A DNA stretch of 50,566 nucleotides from a virus (IMGVR_UViG_3300011118_000009:1-50566), one strand, 5' to 3'; shown: positions 20,374 through 30,090, numbered from the stretch's first letter. The notes: generated from the letters alone by a model not told the origin. A program made the numbers and translations.

Positions 20374-22982
20374 TGATTGAGTTTGAATCACATCCTGATT
20401 GTACGGAATGCCCACTGCACGAGATGGCAGTGCATCCGGGGATAGCTACTCGTCCGTTGTATGATAATCAAACCATTCAAAAGGATAGGGCTATTCTATT
20501 TGTTGGACAACATCCAGGGGGACTTGAAGACCGGGCTAACAAAGGATGGATTGGATACGGTGGGGGACTTCTTCGTACAATAATAGAGACCACTGGCTTG
20601 CAGAAGTTGTGTGATGTATTTCTATCGAATGCCTGTCGGTGTAAACCTCCGCAGGATGGTAGTATATCTCAAAGTCAAATTAGGATATGCCGAACTTTGT
20701 TGCAAATTGATGTTGAAGACTTACAGGCTCATTACAAAGAAGTTATTTTGGTAGGGCTGGGGGCAAAAGCAGCTTACAGTATTGCCAAGCTTAGTTCACT
20801 CAATAAAGCCCTGAAACAACAGGGAAGCATGGCAACTATGTTTACTATGCAGGGAGGTCCCAATGTCCATCCTCGAATGTTCTTTACTTATCACCCCGCC
20901 ATGCTCCATCCAATGAGACAACCTGCGAAAGTACGAGCAGTTGAATCACACTTTACACTTCTGAGGAGGTATCTCAAAGGAGAATTTATTCCAAATGATA
21001 TGGTAATAAACCCGGAGTTAGGAATACCTGTTCCAATTTGGTTGCCAACTCATGTTGCTTGTGATATTGAGACCTACGGAATTCTGGCGGGGAATGAACA
21101 GACTGTTTTCAATCCCATAAAGTCGAAGTATGTGGACGGATTTGATTTTGATGAACAGGTTGTAACTGTCAACTTTACTTGGCGTAGTTTGTCAAATGAA
21201 TTACGAACCGCTGTTTACGTTGTCAAAGACAGAAGACACATGCGGATTATTAGGGAGTGGTTTAAGCAATTGAGTCGGGGATATCATGTTCTTGTTGGTC
21301 AGAATATCAAATTTGATTTGGAGTTCCTTACTTGCTCAGATAAGGAACTCCGATATTGGATAGACCCCCGCAGGTTACGTGTTGATGATACAATGATTCT
21401 CAGTTTCTTGTTATATGAACAACAACCAGAAAAAGGATTAAAGGAACTGGCAATCTTACATGGAATCTCCGACTATGGAAAAGAAAAAGTGACCGGAAAA
21501 TCTGGGAATGCTAAGTCCCCTTGGGATAAGAACTTACATCACTATAATTGTTTGGATGGTGCAACAACGCTCGTTCTTTATTTTGAACTTCTGCGGAGGA
21601 TTGCCAAGAAGTATGGTGACAAGTCGGAGAAGTTATCGAAAGTTTGTGCTGATGTTCGCAACATGATTATTTGGGACACATTCGATTTGGATTTGAATGG
21701 TAGTTCTTTGGATATAAAAAAAGTAACTAAGTTTCATAATAAGCAAAAAAATTTATGCACTCGCATCTTTGATAGGGCAGAAAAAAAAGGATTAAAACTT
21801 GGGGGGAAAGGATCGGACAAACCATTGCGGGAATTTATGTTGGGGTGTTTAGATGAGGCTGGGTTATTGGATGACCCTCAAGTAGAGTGGACAAAGAAAA
21901 TGGGAGGCGTTTCTATTGGAGTTGAAAATGTAAAGCTTCTAAAGAAAAATTCTTTTGCAACTTCCAAGAAAAACTTAATTGCTCTTTTTCAGGGATATAA
22001 AGAACATAGTAAACTTGTTACTACATATACAAAACCACTTCTTGAAGATTCTCGGAAGGGAATTGTTACACGCTCTGACAATATTGGAATGGTCTATCCG
22101 TCTTGGTATCCAATCCCGAGTTATTTCGAGCGAGGAAAAAAAGAAGCCGAGACCAAGGGGCAAATACAGGGACGGTTTAGTTGTACGAAACCTGCACGAT
22201 TAACTGAACCCCATTCAATTAGGGATTGTTCTATATCACGGTGGAAAGGTGGGACGATTGCAGAATGGGATGTGTCCCAAGACCACCTGCGGATGGCAGC
22301 TATATTATCCGGCGATCCTCTTTTAATGGATGCCTATTTGAATCCAAAGGGAAGTATCCATACACAAACTGCTCTTACCTTATTTCCAGACGCGGATCCA
22401 ACTGATCCCGGGTGGAAAAAATCAGATATGTATAAATTGGGGAAGACCCTTAATTTTTTGGTTATATTCAAAGGGGGACCGGGAGCATTTCAATCGACTG
22501 CGTTAAGCGATGCTGAAGTAGAAGTTCCAATTAAATTCTGTGCGGAAGCAATTAACACATGGTATGAAAAACATCCTGTGTATAAACAATGGCAGGATTC
22601 AATGATTGACTTAGCAGCCGAGCAGGGATACCTTGTTTTACCTACGGGATGGAGTCGGACATTTGCATTAGGTCCGCAGGGAGTAGCAAATTATACCAAC
22701 GAGATTTGTAATTTCCTCCATCAATGTCCGTGTAGTCAAATAACACAATCCGCACAGTATCAGATAATGTGTACACTGCGGAGGTATCATTTGAAAACAG
22801 TCATTCCCTTGCAGATATATGATGCGGTATTTGCCGACATTTATCCCGGGGAAGAAAAAAATGTGGATGAAATCTATGGAGAAGCCATGACCCATCCCCC
22901 ATTGTTGAAAGTATTTGAAGAGTGGACGGGGCGATCAGTTCCATGGCTCTGGGAAAAGAAAACTTATGATACTATTTCCTAA
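20373..22982 (+). CDS. Family A DNA polymerase with N-terminal family-4 UDG-like domain and 3'-5' exonuclease
   Basis: UDG-like: CTECPL, FVGQHPG, SNACRCKPP, TYHPA. Exo I-III: DIET, NIKFD, YNCLD. Pol: GRFS, DVSQDHLR, KTLNF, IYDA. Confidence 0.92.
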   Translation: MIEFESHPDCTECPLHEMAVHPGIATRPLYDNQTIQKDRAILFVGQHPGGLEDRANKGWIGYGGGLLRTIIETTGLQKLCDVFLSNACRCKPPQDGSISQSQIRICRTLLQIDVEDLQAHYKEVILVGLGAKAAYSIAKLSSLNKALKQQGSMATMFTMQGGPNVHPRMFFTYHPAMLHPMRQPAKVRAVESHFTLLRRYLKGEFIPNDMVINPELGIPVPIWLPTHVACDIETYGILAGNEQTVFNPIKSKYVDGFDFDEQVVTVNFTWRSLSNELRTAVYVVKDRRHMRIIREWFKQLSRGYHVLVGQNIKFDLEFLTCSDKELRYWIDPRRLRVDDTMILSFLLYEQQPEKGLKELAILHGISDYGKEKVTGKSGNAKSPWDKNLHHYNCLDGATTLVLYFELLRRIAKKYGDKSEKLSKVCADVRNMIIWDTFDLDLNGSSLDIKKVTKFHNKQKNLCTRIFDRAEKKGLKLGGKGSDKPLREFMLGCLDEAGLLDDPQVEWTKKMGGVSIGVENVKLLKKNSFATSKKNLIALFQGYKEHSKLVTTYTKPLLEDSRKGIVTRSDNIGMVYPSWYPIPSYFERGKKEAETKGQIQGRFSCTKPARLTEPHSIRDCSISRWKGGTIAEWDVSQDHLRMAAILSGDPLLMDAYLNPKGSIHTQTALTLFPDADPTDPGWKKSDMYKLGKTLNFLVIFKGGPGAFQSTALSDAEVEVPIKFCAEAINTWYEKHPVYKQWQDSMIDLAAEQGYLVLPTGWSRTFALGPQGVANYTNEICNFLHQCPCSQITQSAQYQIMCTLRRYHLKTVIPLQIYDAVFADIYPGEEKNVDEIYGEAMTHPPLLKVFEEWTGRSVPWLWEKKTYDTIS

Positions 22983-23562
22983 TAAAAAATACCAAATAAT
23001 AGTAGTTGATCCCCCTTGGCCGATAAAGAAAATAACACGCAAGAAACGTCCAAATCAAACAACTATGGATTATCCAACAATGCCAATAACAGATATTGAA
23101 AAGTTACCGATAGCTAAACTTGCTGAAGAAACCTGTTGGTGTTTTCTATGGACGACACAAAAATTCCTTTTTAATAGTAAGTCAATTTTGGAGGGTTGGG
23201 GCTTTTCCCACTTACTTACAATGGTATGGGAAAAAACCTATGGTCGTTCGGCGGGGATGCCCTTATTTGGATTTAGATATAACGCCGAATTTATCCTTGT
23301 TGGGTATAAAACTAAACCTACTCTTTGGCCTAAAAGAAAACTTATACCGGCAGTATTTCAGGCCGAAAATATTAGACATTCTCAAAAACCCGATAGGTTT
23401 TACAGTATGATAGAGGTATTGGGGTCAACTCGTATAGATTTATTTGCAAGAAATAAACGCCAAGGGTGGGATGTTTGGGGAAATGAAGTCGAAGTATCCC
23501 AGCCGAACGTAGAAAGCAAACAGGCTACTATTAACGCCGCATTAAAACGATTGGGGAAATAG
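22966..23562 (+). CDS. MT-A70 family adenine methyltransferase
   Basis: DPPW, FLWTT, HSQKP, DLFAR, GWDVWGNE. Confidence 0.92.
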   Translation: MILFPNKKYQIIVVDPPWPIKKITRKKRPNQTTMDYPTMPITDIEKLPIAKLAEETCWCFLWTTQKFLFNSKSILEGWGFSHLLTMVWEKTYGRSAGMPLFGFRYNAEFILVGYKTKPTLWPKRKLIPAVFQAENIRHSQKPDRFYSMIEVLGSTRIDLFARNKRQGWDVWGNEVEVSQPNVESKQATINAALKRLGK

Positions 23563-23566
23563 AAAT

Positions 23567-23866
23567 ATGTCGATTAAAGTAACCAGGGTTGTAAATATTC
23601 GTACTTCGGAGTTCGATGTTTTCATTGGTCGTCCAAGTCGATGGGGCAACCCCTTCTGGATAGGGCCTTATAGGTCCAGAGATGCTGCAATTAAAGACCA
23701 CATGGATTGGTTAGATGGAAAATTAAAATCCACCGCAGGGCGGGAACCGCCTACAAAAGCAGAAATTAAAAAACATTTAACTGGCAAGAGACTTGGTTGC
23801 TATTGTAAACCCCAAGCTTGTCACGGGGATAATTACGTTGCAATATGTAGGGGGAAACATGGCTAA
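23567..23866 (+). CDS. DUF4326 family protein
   Basis: DVFIGRPSRWGNPF and GKRLGCYCKPQACHGD. Confidence 0.88.
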   Translation: MSIKVTRVVNIRTSEFDVFIGRPSRWGNPFWIGPYRSRDAAIKDHMDWLDGKLKSTAGREPPTKAEIKKHLTGKRLGCYCKPQACHGDNYVAICRGKHG

Positions 23867-24455
23867 AATACGAAAGACGGACATCTATCGTAGGTATAAG
23901 ATACCCACAGAGATAACAATACAGATTGATACTCGCGAGCAGTTTCCTATGTTGTTTCCAGACATGATAAAGATTGCCAATCCGGAACAGTCTTATTTAT
24001 TCCTGCCCATTCAAGTTGTGTCCCAACGAATCGGACTTGATTGCGGAGACTATAGGCTTAAAGAATATCCAACGGATTGTATTATTGAACGTAAAGCTGC
24101 CCAGCTTGAGATATACAAGAACCTAAATGAATCTCATGATCGTATCAGGCAAGCAAAAGCATTCCGTAAATTATCAGGGGCTTGTAAATATCCACTCTTA
24201 TTAATCGAAGCCTCCGCAGGGGAGTTGCTTTCTCCGAGTCCACGTATAAAGAACCCAGAGATTGTCCCACATCGCTTAGCTCTTGCCATTGCTAAATACA
24301 AATTCAATGTGATGTTTATTCCCTGGAAGAGTCGAAGTTCCATGACACGTAGGAAGGTTGGCACACTGTTGATCCATTTAATGTTGGGGTACTCACTTCA
24401 ATCTACTTTTGATGTACCACCAGTCTTGTTAGATAACCCTGCGGAGGAGGGATGA
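23859..24455 (+). CDS. ERCC4/XPF-type nuclease, probable junction resolvase
   Basis: IDTREQ, GDY, IIERK motifs. Confidence 0.85.
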   Translation: MAKIRKTDIYRRYKIPTEITIQIDTREQFPMLFPDMIKIANPEQSYLFLPIQVVSQRIGLDCGDYRLKEYPTDCIIERKAAQLEIYKNLNESHDRIRQAKAFRKLSGACKYPLLLIEASAGELLSPSPRIKNPEIVPHRLALAIAKYKFNVMFIPWKSRSSMTRRKVGTLLIHLMLGYSLQSTFDVPPVLLDNPAEEG

Positions 24456-24530
24456 TTTTTTAATGTGCACTGGGGTTTTGTTTGATAAATAGGAAACTAA
24501 AATATATTTCAAGAAAATAACTTTTTAGGC

Positions 24531-24558
24531 TTGACTATATGTGTAAATTTGGTATAAT
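24531..24558 (+). promoter_or_regulatory. Sigma70-type promoter
   Basis: TTGACT-16-TATAAT with extended -10. Confidence 0.7.
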
Positions 24559-24565
24559 AAAGGTT

Positions 24566-24692
24566 GATAGGGATTGAACGTTAAACCCAAACTAAAACAT
24601 AATATAAAGAACGTATTCGATCCCTTATTTTTAGACCTCCGCAGGATAGGGAGTCGATGATACAGTAGTACATTGGCTCCCTTCCATTTTTT
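24566..24692 (+). ncRNA. Putative structured leader or small RNA (two hairpins)
   Basis: Stems 24569-24582/24610-24625 and 24648-24659/24671-24682 contain G-U pairs; U-rich tail follows. Confidence 0.4.
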
Positions 24693-24710
24693 CTTTGAAA
24701 GGAAAGAAGA

Positions 24711-24911
24711 ATGAGCAAGAACCCCAAAGTGAAAAAATCAAGATACAAATCTCCGCCTGTGATCTTCGTCCCCGACGATACCTACGTAGATGATACAGGT
24801 CACTTAATCGGCACAAACGGTATATTCGTTGTAAGCCCAAAACACTACCTGGACATCCGGGCCGCACTCAAGTCATCACAGGAGGCCAAACATGATAAAT
24901 CCCAATCGTGA
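24711..24911 (+). CDS. Hypothetical protein
   Basis: 66 aa; TTGAAAGGA RBS. Confidence 0.55.
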   Translation: MSKNPKVKKSRYKSPPVIFVPDDTYVDDTGHLIGTNGIFVVSPKHYLDIRAALKSSQEAKHDKSQS

Positions 24912-25188
24912 CGCGAGCGAGGAAGTTCTACAGCAACACAAACAAGAATCCTACGAGCGGTTCCGGGTTCAGTTCGCTATGGCGGTCGAACAGAAGCTGA
25001 TTGACTTTGAAATGACGTGGGGTGATTTAGCTACTTGCATTAAAGGTCAAAAAACAGACGGTATTTTCATAAAAACACGCATTAAAAATGGGAGTTTATC
25101 TGCGGAGGGGATGAACGATATAGCCCATGTCTTTAGCTGTGAACCATATATTATACTCAGACCTCGACTTCCTTGGGTACAAACTTAA
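24892..25188 (+). CDS. XRE-like helix-turn-helix protein
   Basis: MTWGDLA...LSAEGMNDIAHVFSC pattern; AGGAGG RBS. Confidence 0.55.
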   Translation: MINPNRDASEEVLQQHKQESYERFRVQFAMAVEQKLIDFEMTWGDLATCIKGQKTDGIFIKTRIKNGSLSAEGMNDIAHVFSCEPYIILRPRLPWVQT

Positions 25189-25196
25189 TTTTTCCC

Positions 25197-25225
25197 TTGA
25201 CTTTGGTTTACCAATATGATATAAT
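25197..25225 (+). promoter_or_regulatory. Sigma70-type promoter
   Basis: TTGACT-17-TATAAT with extended -10. Confidence 0.75.
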
Positions 25226-25248
25226 ATACACATATTAAAAAGAAGATA

Positions 25249-26265
25249 ATGAACATTAATGAAATCCAACCAAGGCCATTTGAATGTCACCAGTCCAGTA
25301 TTGCAACTGCACATGGTTGTGAACGATGTTTCTTTTTTAAGGAGCGGTGGGGCGTCGTACTGCGAGGTGTCAAGGTAAAAACAGGGGCATCTCTTGGCAA
25401 ACTCTACCATAGATTTCAACACTTGGGTCCGGGACACGAGCAGGAAGTTCGAGCCGAGGTCCAGGGAATGCAAACAGACTTGATGGCCCGAGCGGACAAA
25501 GGCGAGGATTTGGATGGCGAGATGGTTCGGTTTGCAACTCTACTCACGACGCTTTACAACAAAGCCGAAGTGATGGCCCACTTATTCTGGGAACGCTACC
25601 CAACCCCGGATTATTTGAAAACAATCGGAACTGAAATCAAACATTCCATGACAATTCAAAACGGTCCTTTAGATGGAATGGTGTTGACTGGAACCATCGA
25701 CAAATTAACCCAAGACATTCGTAATGGAAATATTTGGGATCGGGACCATAAGAGTACCGGGCGTTCGCTGGATACTATCTTTGCTGGATTTCCTTGGTCA
25801 ACTCAAGCCAGAATCTACCGAATCTTGGCCGAGGATTGGATAGGCCAACACGAACAATCTAAAGTTGTGGGCTTTATTCTGGATGGGATATTAACACCGG
25901 GGATTAAACTCTGCAAGAAAGATGTCAAAAATGCAAAAGATTGGAATTGTTCCGAATCAGAAGCATACCTCCGCAGGGTTAAAGAGTGGTATGCTGCAAC
26001 TGGAACGGCCTCGATTCGATCCGAAGCGATGATGTACAATGAACCACTGTACTCTCGCGAGTTGCTGCATGAGTTGATGTTCATGAAAGAGCTCAGCAGT
26101 CGAGCCAATGATCCTAATGAATATAATCGGGACCCGTCGAGATTTCATTGTTTCCTCTACGATTCTCAGTGCGTTTATTATGACCTGTGTTCGTCGCCGA
26201 AAGTCAAGTGGCCGGAATTATTTGAAAACAAATATAAAATCAAATCTGCGGAGGAATCCAAATGA
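25249..26265 (+). CDS. PD-(D/E)XK exonuclease, Cas4/RecB-like, probable Fe-S cysteines
   Basis: C.R, G...H, GTIDK, DHKST, Q..IY and C-terminal C-x6-C-x5-C. Confidence 0.85.
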   Translation: MNINEIQPRPFECHQSSIATAHGCERCFFFKERWGVVLRGVKVKTGASLGKLYHRFQHLGPGHEQEVRAEVQGMQTDLMARADKGEDLDGEMVRFATLLTTLYNKAEVMAHLFWERYPTPDYLKTIGTEIKHSMTIQNGPLDGMVLTGTIDKLTQDIRNGNIWDRDHKSTGRSLDTIFAGFPWSTQARIYRILAEDWIGQHEQSKVVGFILDGILTPGIKLCKKDVKNAKDWNCSESEAYLRRVKEWYAATGTASIRSEAMMYNEPLYSRELLHELMFMKELSSRANDPNEYNRDPSRFHCFLYDSQCVYYDLCSSPKVKWPELFENKYKIKSAEESK

Positions 26266-26360
26266 AAAAATTGATTTGTAGTATACTTACTCTGCGGAGA
26301 CATTGGTTCAAACATTATCCCGGAGAGAAACGATATGTGCGGTGTCGCCTGTGTGGGTAG
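26262..26360 (+). CDS. Tiny Cys/His zinc-finger-like peptide (not in ORF track)
   Basis: MKKLICSILTLRRHWFKHYPGEKRYVRCRLCG; ATGA overlap and GGAGG RBS. Confidence 0.4.
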   Translation: MKKLICSILTLRRHWFKHYPGEKRYVRCRLCG

Positions 26361-26411
26361 ACGCCGAAAAGTATGTGGAAACAAAGAGAAAAGATTTTGA
26401 GGAGAAAAGTA

Positions 26412-27035
26412 ATGAGTGCGTACAAAACAATAATAATAACTTGGATCATAGCTGCAATAATTATAGCCTTTTTATGTTTATTCTGCGGAGGTTGTCAGGA
26501 TTCCTTTGGGTTGCGGTTTTCGCCGACTCAGGAGCAGAAACAATCTGCGGAGTTGACCAATCAGTTGGCCCGAAAAGTAAATGTGGATGGCACTGATCCC
26601 CTAAGTCCGGCGAGTAGAAAGCTCGTAGACGGCACAGCGACTTCCCTTGCTTATACCGGTAGGCCGCAGGTAGCTCCAAATCTCGATGAGTTTGATACGA
26701 TTAACAATCAGGCACAGGATGATGCGGTAAAACGACCCGATGTTGCAGGGACGATGGATTCTGCTTTGGAGATTGGACTCGGCATTGCGGCTTTGATGGG
26801 TGGGGCTGGGGGGATTAAGTTGGCCCAGGGAATAAAGAAGATTCATGGGAAGGCCAAAGCATTTAATGAGATCGTGTCCCAAAATGATTTGTACAAACGA
26901 ATGGCCTCCGCAGAGGAAGCCGTTAGATTCAAAAAAGCTTTCGCCGGGCAAACGGAAACCACGAGAAAATTCGTAGCAGAAGCTCGTGTCATAGATAAAA
27001 CCAGAATGGTAACTATTCCGAAGGAGAACGTATAA
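26412..27035 (+). CDS. Membrane protein / lipoprotein
   Basis: ATG 26412 with GAGGAG RBS; signal-like N-terminus ending LFCGGC; second Gly-rich hydrophobic helix. Confidence 0.7.
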   Translation: MSAYKTIIITWIIAAIIIAFLCLFCGGCQDSFGLRFSPTQEQKQSAELTNQLARKVNVDGTDPLSPASRKLVDGTATSLAYTGRPQVAPNLDEFDTINNQAQDDAVKRPDVAGTMDSALEIGLGIAALMGGAGGIKLAQGIKKIHGKAKAFNEIVSQNDLYKRMASAEEAVRFKKAFAGQTETTRKFVAEARVIDKTRMVTIPKENV

Positions 27036-27952
27036 TGGCCGAGCAACCAAAAACCACACCTGCGGAGGGAAATGTTACGATGGCTACGGCTCCAAATAAC
27101 GTCCCTGATATTCCAGCGGATTGGAAGAATCTGGCGGTTGCGTCCGGTTATAAGCCGAAGAAAGCGGAGGATTTGAACTTATGGATAGTTGGCCCGAGTG
27201 GAGAGGGAAAGACTACTTTTGAATCCAGTATTCCCAATCAACTCATCTTGGATTACGACAATGGAGCGGCAGGAATCCCTGGAACTCGTTCCAATCGAGT
27301 TTATGTCCAAAATTATGAACATTATATGCAAATTATGGACAAGCTCATTGTGGAGGGATTAGCGGGAAAGGCTCATTGGCATCGTATCTCAACAGATACC
27401 GTTGATGAATGGGTCGGGATGATTAAGAACCAGTTGCAGAAAGAGAAAGGAGTCGAGGACATTACAGAGTTCGGGAGTCAGGGACATGGATGGGGAATGA
27501 TTCGAGAGCGGTGTTGGTCGAAGCTACGAGAGTTGGAGAACGCCGGTTATGTCTGGTCTTGTGTGGGACATTTAACTACGAAGACAGAGACGAACCCATC
27601 GACTCACAAAGAGCGGACTGTTATTCGGGAATCTGTATTTCCATCTTTTGCCAAACAGATTACAACCCGAAGTGATTTCAAGTTGACGATTTATTGTGTC
27701 AATAAGGAGACTGAGAAAACAAAAAAACGGACGCTTCCGAGTGGTCAGGTCATTGAAGTTCCCGATGGAGTAGAACAGAAAGCAACCTATTACGTGGATT
27801 CTCTGACCACTGCGGAGAGAGATGGGAAGAGTAGGGGGGCTCTTACGATGGAGCGTAAATTTACCATTCCTCCTGTTAACGCCTGGGATTTATTTGTCGA
27901 GAAGTATAATACGGCGATAGAGCAAGCTAAAAAACAATACGGGCAATTGTGA
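27035..27952 (+). CDS. AAA_24 / Sak4-like ATPase (single-strand annealing recombinase)
   Basis: GPSGEGKTT Walker A; ILDYD; G.GWG; lies between exonuclease and SSB genes. Confidence 0.82.
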   Translation: MAEQPKTTPAEGNVTMATAPNNVPDIPADWKNLAVASGYKPKKAEDLNLWIVGPSGEGKTTFESSIPNQLILDYDNGAAGIPGTRSNRVYVQNYEHYMQIMDKLIVEGLAGKAHWHRISTDTVDEWVGMIKNQLQKEKGVEDITEFGSQGHGWGMIRERCWSKLRELENAGYVWSCVGHLTTKTETNPSTHKERTVIRESVFPSFAKQITTRSDFKLTIYCVNKETEKTKKRTLPSGQVIEVPDGVEQKATYYVDSLTTAERDGKSRGALTMERKFTIPPVNAWDLFVEKYNTAIEQAKKQYGQL

Positions 27953-28023
27953 AGAAACGTAGTTGGTCTCATCTTTGGGATTAACAAAGAAACAATATCA
28001 ATAATTTTTTGGAGAAAAGACAC

Positions 28024-28593
28024 ATGAGTGACATTAACTTTGAGCAAATGCTCGCACAATTCAATCAGGATTACCGCGAGGCCGAAGTATTTAATGACAG
28101 GATGCCGGACGATGGGAAGTATATCATTTCCCTGATTAAGTTGGATACTGGGACGGCAAAAGAAGGCGGAGCTCCCTGGATGAAGCTACGCGGTCGGATT
28201 GAAGACCCGCAGGATGCAACGTGGGGCGGCTTTGAATTCCCCGTTGGATTCTACTCTGCAAAGGCATTCGGCATTCTCAAGGGAGCGGTTAACGTATTGG
28301 CCGGAAAATCCGTCAATGATTTGGCCGAGGCTTATGAAGTCCTCAAAGCATCTCTTGGCAAGATCATCGAGGGAGAAGTCAAGACAACAACCTCCGCAAA
28401 GAACGGTAAAGACTATACAAATTGCTACATCCTGAAAGTGATCGACGAGGTGGCCTCCGCAGATGCCCAACAAGCCGAAGCTCCTGCCCAAGACCCAGCC
28501 ATAGTGGACCCGGCGACCGACGTTAATGATATTCCATTTACCGGCGACGGCGATGCTTCTGTTGGCGATACGAATCCCACAGAAGTTGGGTAA
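28024..28593 (+). CDS. Single-stranded DNA-binding protein (DUF669-like)
   Basis: PDDGKY...KNGKDYTN pattern; acidic tail containing DIPF. Confidence 0.75.
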   Translation: MSDINFEQMLAQFNQDYREAEVFNDRMPDDGKYIISLIKLDTGTAKEGGAPWMKLRGRIEDPQDATWGGFEFPVGFYSAKAFGILKGAVNVLAGKSVNDLAEAYEVLKASLGKIIEGEVKTTTSAKNGKDYTNCYILKVIDEVASADAQQAEAPAQDPAIVDPATDVNDIPFTGDGDASVGDTNPTEVG

Positions 28594-28605
28594 CCGGAAC
28601 AGCCA

Positions 28606-29133
28606 GTGTCGGGGCGGCGGTGTAAGGTACACCAAATATCATGCAATCAGATGTTCGCTGCCTGCCCCAATACTGGTTTTGTTGAGGAAGAAAAAATAGA
28701 ACCAATTAAGATTCCAATTTCGATATGTCCTCATTCCTCCGCAGGGAAGATTCGTGGGTGGTATGTGTTGGCTAAGCGATTGTTTCGTGGGGACGATCCT
28801 ATTCTGTTTAAGCATCAGTTTTTGGGGTTCAATGGGAACTTGATAGTTTCAGTCCAGCAAGCCGCGATTAGGTCGTTATTTCAAATGGCTACGAAATATC
28901 CGAAGTTGGAAGACAGAGATATTACCTGGCTGGGGAAAGTTTCCCTGTTTCGATTGAAGGGAGGATTTAAGGTATACATTCCTGGGGAGTATTTGGAGGT
29001 TGAAAACCCAACTCGGGTTGAAACCGTTGGTATTTTTAGATGTCATACCGCGTATAATCGAAAATTATTTTATTATCTGGAAATCCCCGCTATTACTGCG
29101 GAGGTACTTTTGGGTAGAAAGGCGTTAAAATGA
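28606..29133 (+). CDS. Hypothetical protein
   Basis: 175 aa ORF; start uncertain. Confidence 0.55.
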   Translation: MSGRRCKVHQISCNQMFAACPNTGFVEEEKIEPIKIPISICPHSSAGKIRGWYVLAKRLFRGDDPILFKHQFLGFNGNLIVSVQQAAIRSLFQMATKYPKLEDRDITWLGKVSLFRLKGGFKVYIPGEYLEVENPTRVETVGIFRCHTAYNRKLFYYLEIPAITAEVLLGRKALK

Positions 29134-29173
29134 AGAAACAAGGTTTAGTGATACATGATGGGAGAGTGATAGA

Positions 29174-29821
29174 ATGACAGCTAAAGTAAGACATTCAGAA
29201 ATGGATTCAAACAATAGTTTATGGGTAGTAGACAATGATCATGCAGATTATTATATTCAACCAGACGGAAGTGAAGGACCCTATTTTGTATATGATACCG
29301 AAGCCGAAGCTCAGGCAGCACTTGATTTGTATTTGGAGAAGCAACCACAACAGTGCCAAGTAACGCCAGGTGTTGTAGAGACAATGCGTGAGTTCAAAGG
29401 TGGTGCTACGCGGGATACGCTTCGGGGCAAACTCAGTTATGTCAAGGCTTTGTCTCCAATAGTTTTACAACGATACGTTCAATATCTCAATGTCCATAGA
29501 TTGCAGCCTGATGGTTCTATGCGTGATTTCGATAACTGGAAAAAAGGCATACCGAAAGACGTTTATTTTGATGGGCTTGGGCGTCACTTTTTAGCTGCGT
29601 GGTTGTTGGCACAGGATTTTCCGGCAGAGGATAATCATGGCCCAGTTACACTCGAAGATTCTTTGGCGGCAGTTATCTTTAATGCAAGTGGTTGGCTCCA
29701 CGAGCTTGTTAAGGAAAGAATAAATTACCAAGCAGCCATAGACCACGAGATGGGAACTGAAACCAAGCCAAGCTACGGTGGTAAGATCGACCGCACTAAA
29801 CTAACTCCAGGAGGTTACTAA
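29174..29821 (+). CDS. DUF5664-like dATP/dGTP diphosphohydrolase domain protein
   Basis: REFKGGATRD...GK, DNWKKGIP, RH, EDSLAAVIFNA. Confidence 0.75.
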   Translation: MTAKVRHSEMDSNNSLWVVDNDHADYYIQPDGSEGPYFVYDTEAEAQAALDLYLEKQPQQCQVTPGVVETMREFKGGATRDTLRGKLSYVKALSPIVLQRYVQYLNVHRLQPDGSMRDFDNWKKGIPKDVYFDGLGRHFLAAWLLAQDFPAEDNHGPVTLEDSLAAVIFNASGWLHELVKERINYQAAIDHEMGTETKPSYGGKIDRTKLTPGGY

Positions 29822-30090
29822 TGTGGCAGGATAACGTAAACGGAATGTTTGAATTTCTTAGTGCGTTCTTTGTCCTCTTGCATTGTGTAAAAATGTATAA
29901 GGATAAGAAGATCAGGGGCGTAAGCCTGTTGGCTGCTATTTATTTTACTGCTTGGAGCTACTGGAATTTGCATTACTATCCGCACCTTGAACAGTGGTGG
30001 AGTTTCGGTGGAGGGGCAACTACTACTATGGCCCACACTATCTGGTTTTCTATGATCGTTTACTATATTTGGAAGGAAAAACATGAATAA
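29821..30090 (+). CDS. 3-TM PQ-loop/SemiSWEET-like membrane protein
   Basis: Three hydrophobic helices; KMYKDKKIRGVS loop. Confidence 0.6.
   Translation: MWQDNVNGMFEFLSAFFVLLHCVKMYKDKKIRGVSLLAAIYFTAWSYWNLHYYPHLEQWWSFGGGATTTMAHTIWFSMIVYYIWKEKHE

Noticed and set aside
25249-26265. CRISPR-Cas system (Cas4-like gene)
   Set aside because: No repeat-spacer array or other cas genes; the exonuclease-Sak4-SSB context indicates recombination.
26262-27035. TAG readthrough or recoding joining the zinc-finger peptide to the lipoprotein
   Set aside because: The frames match, but the lipoprotein has its own RBS and ATG at 26412, and TAG ends many other genes normally.
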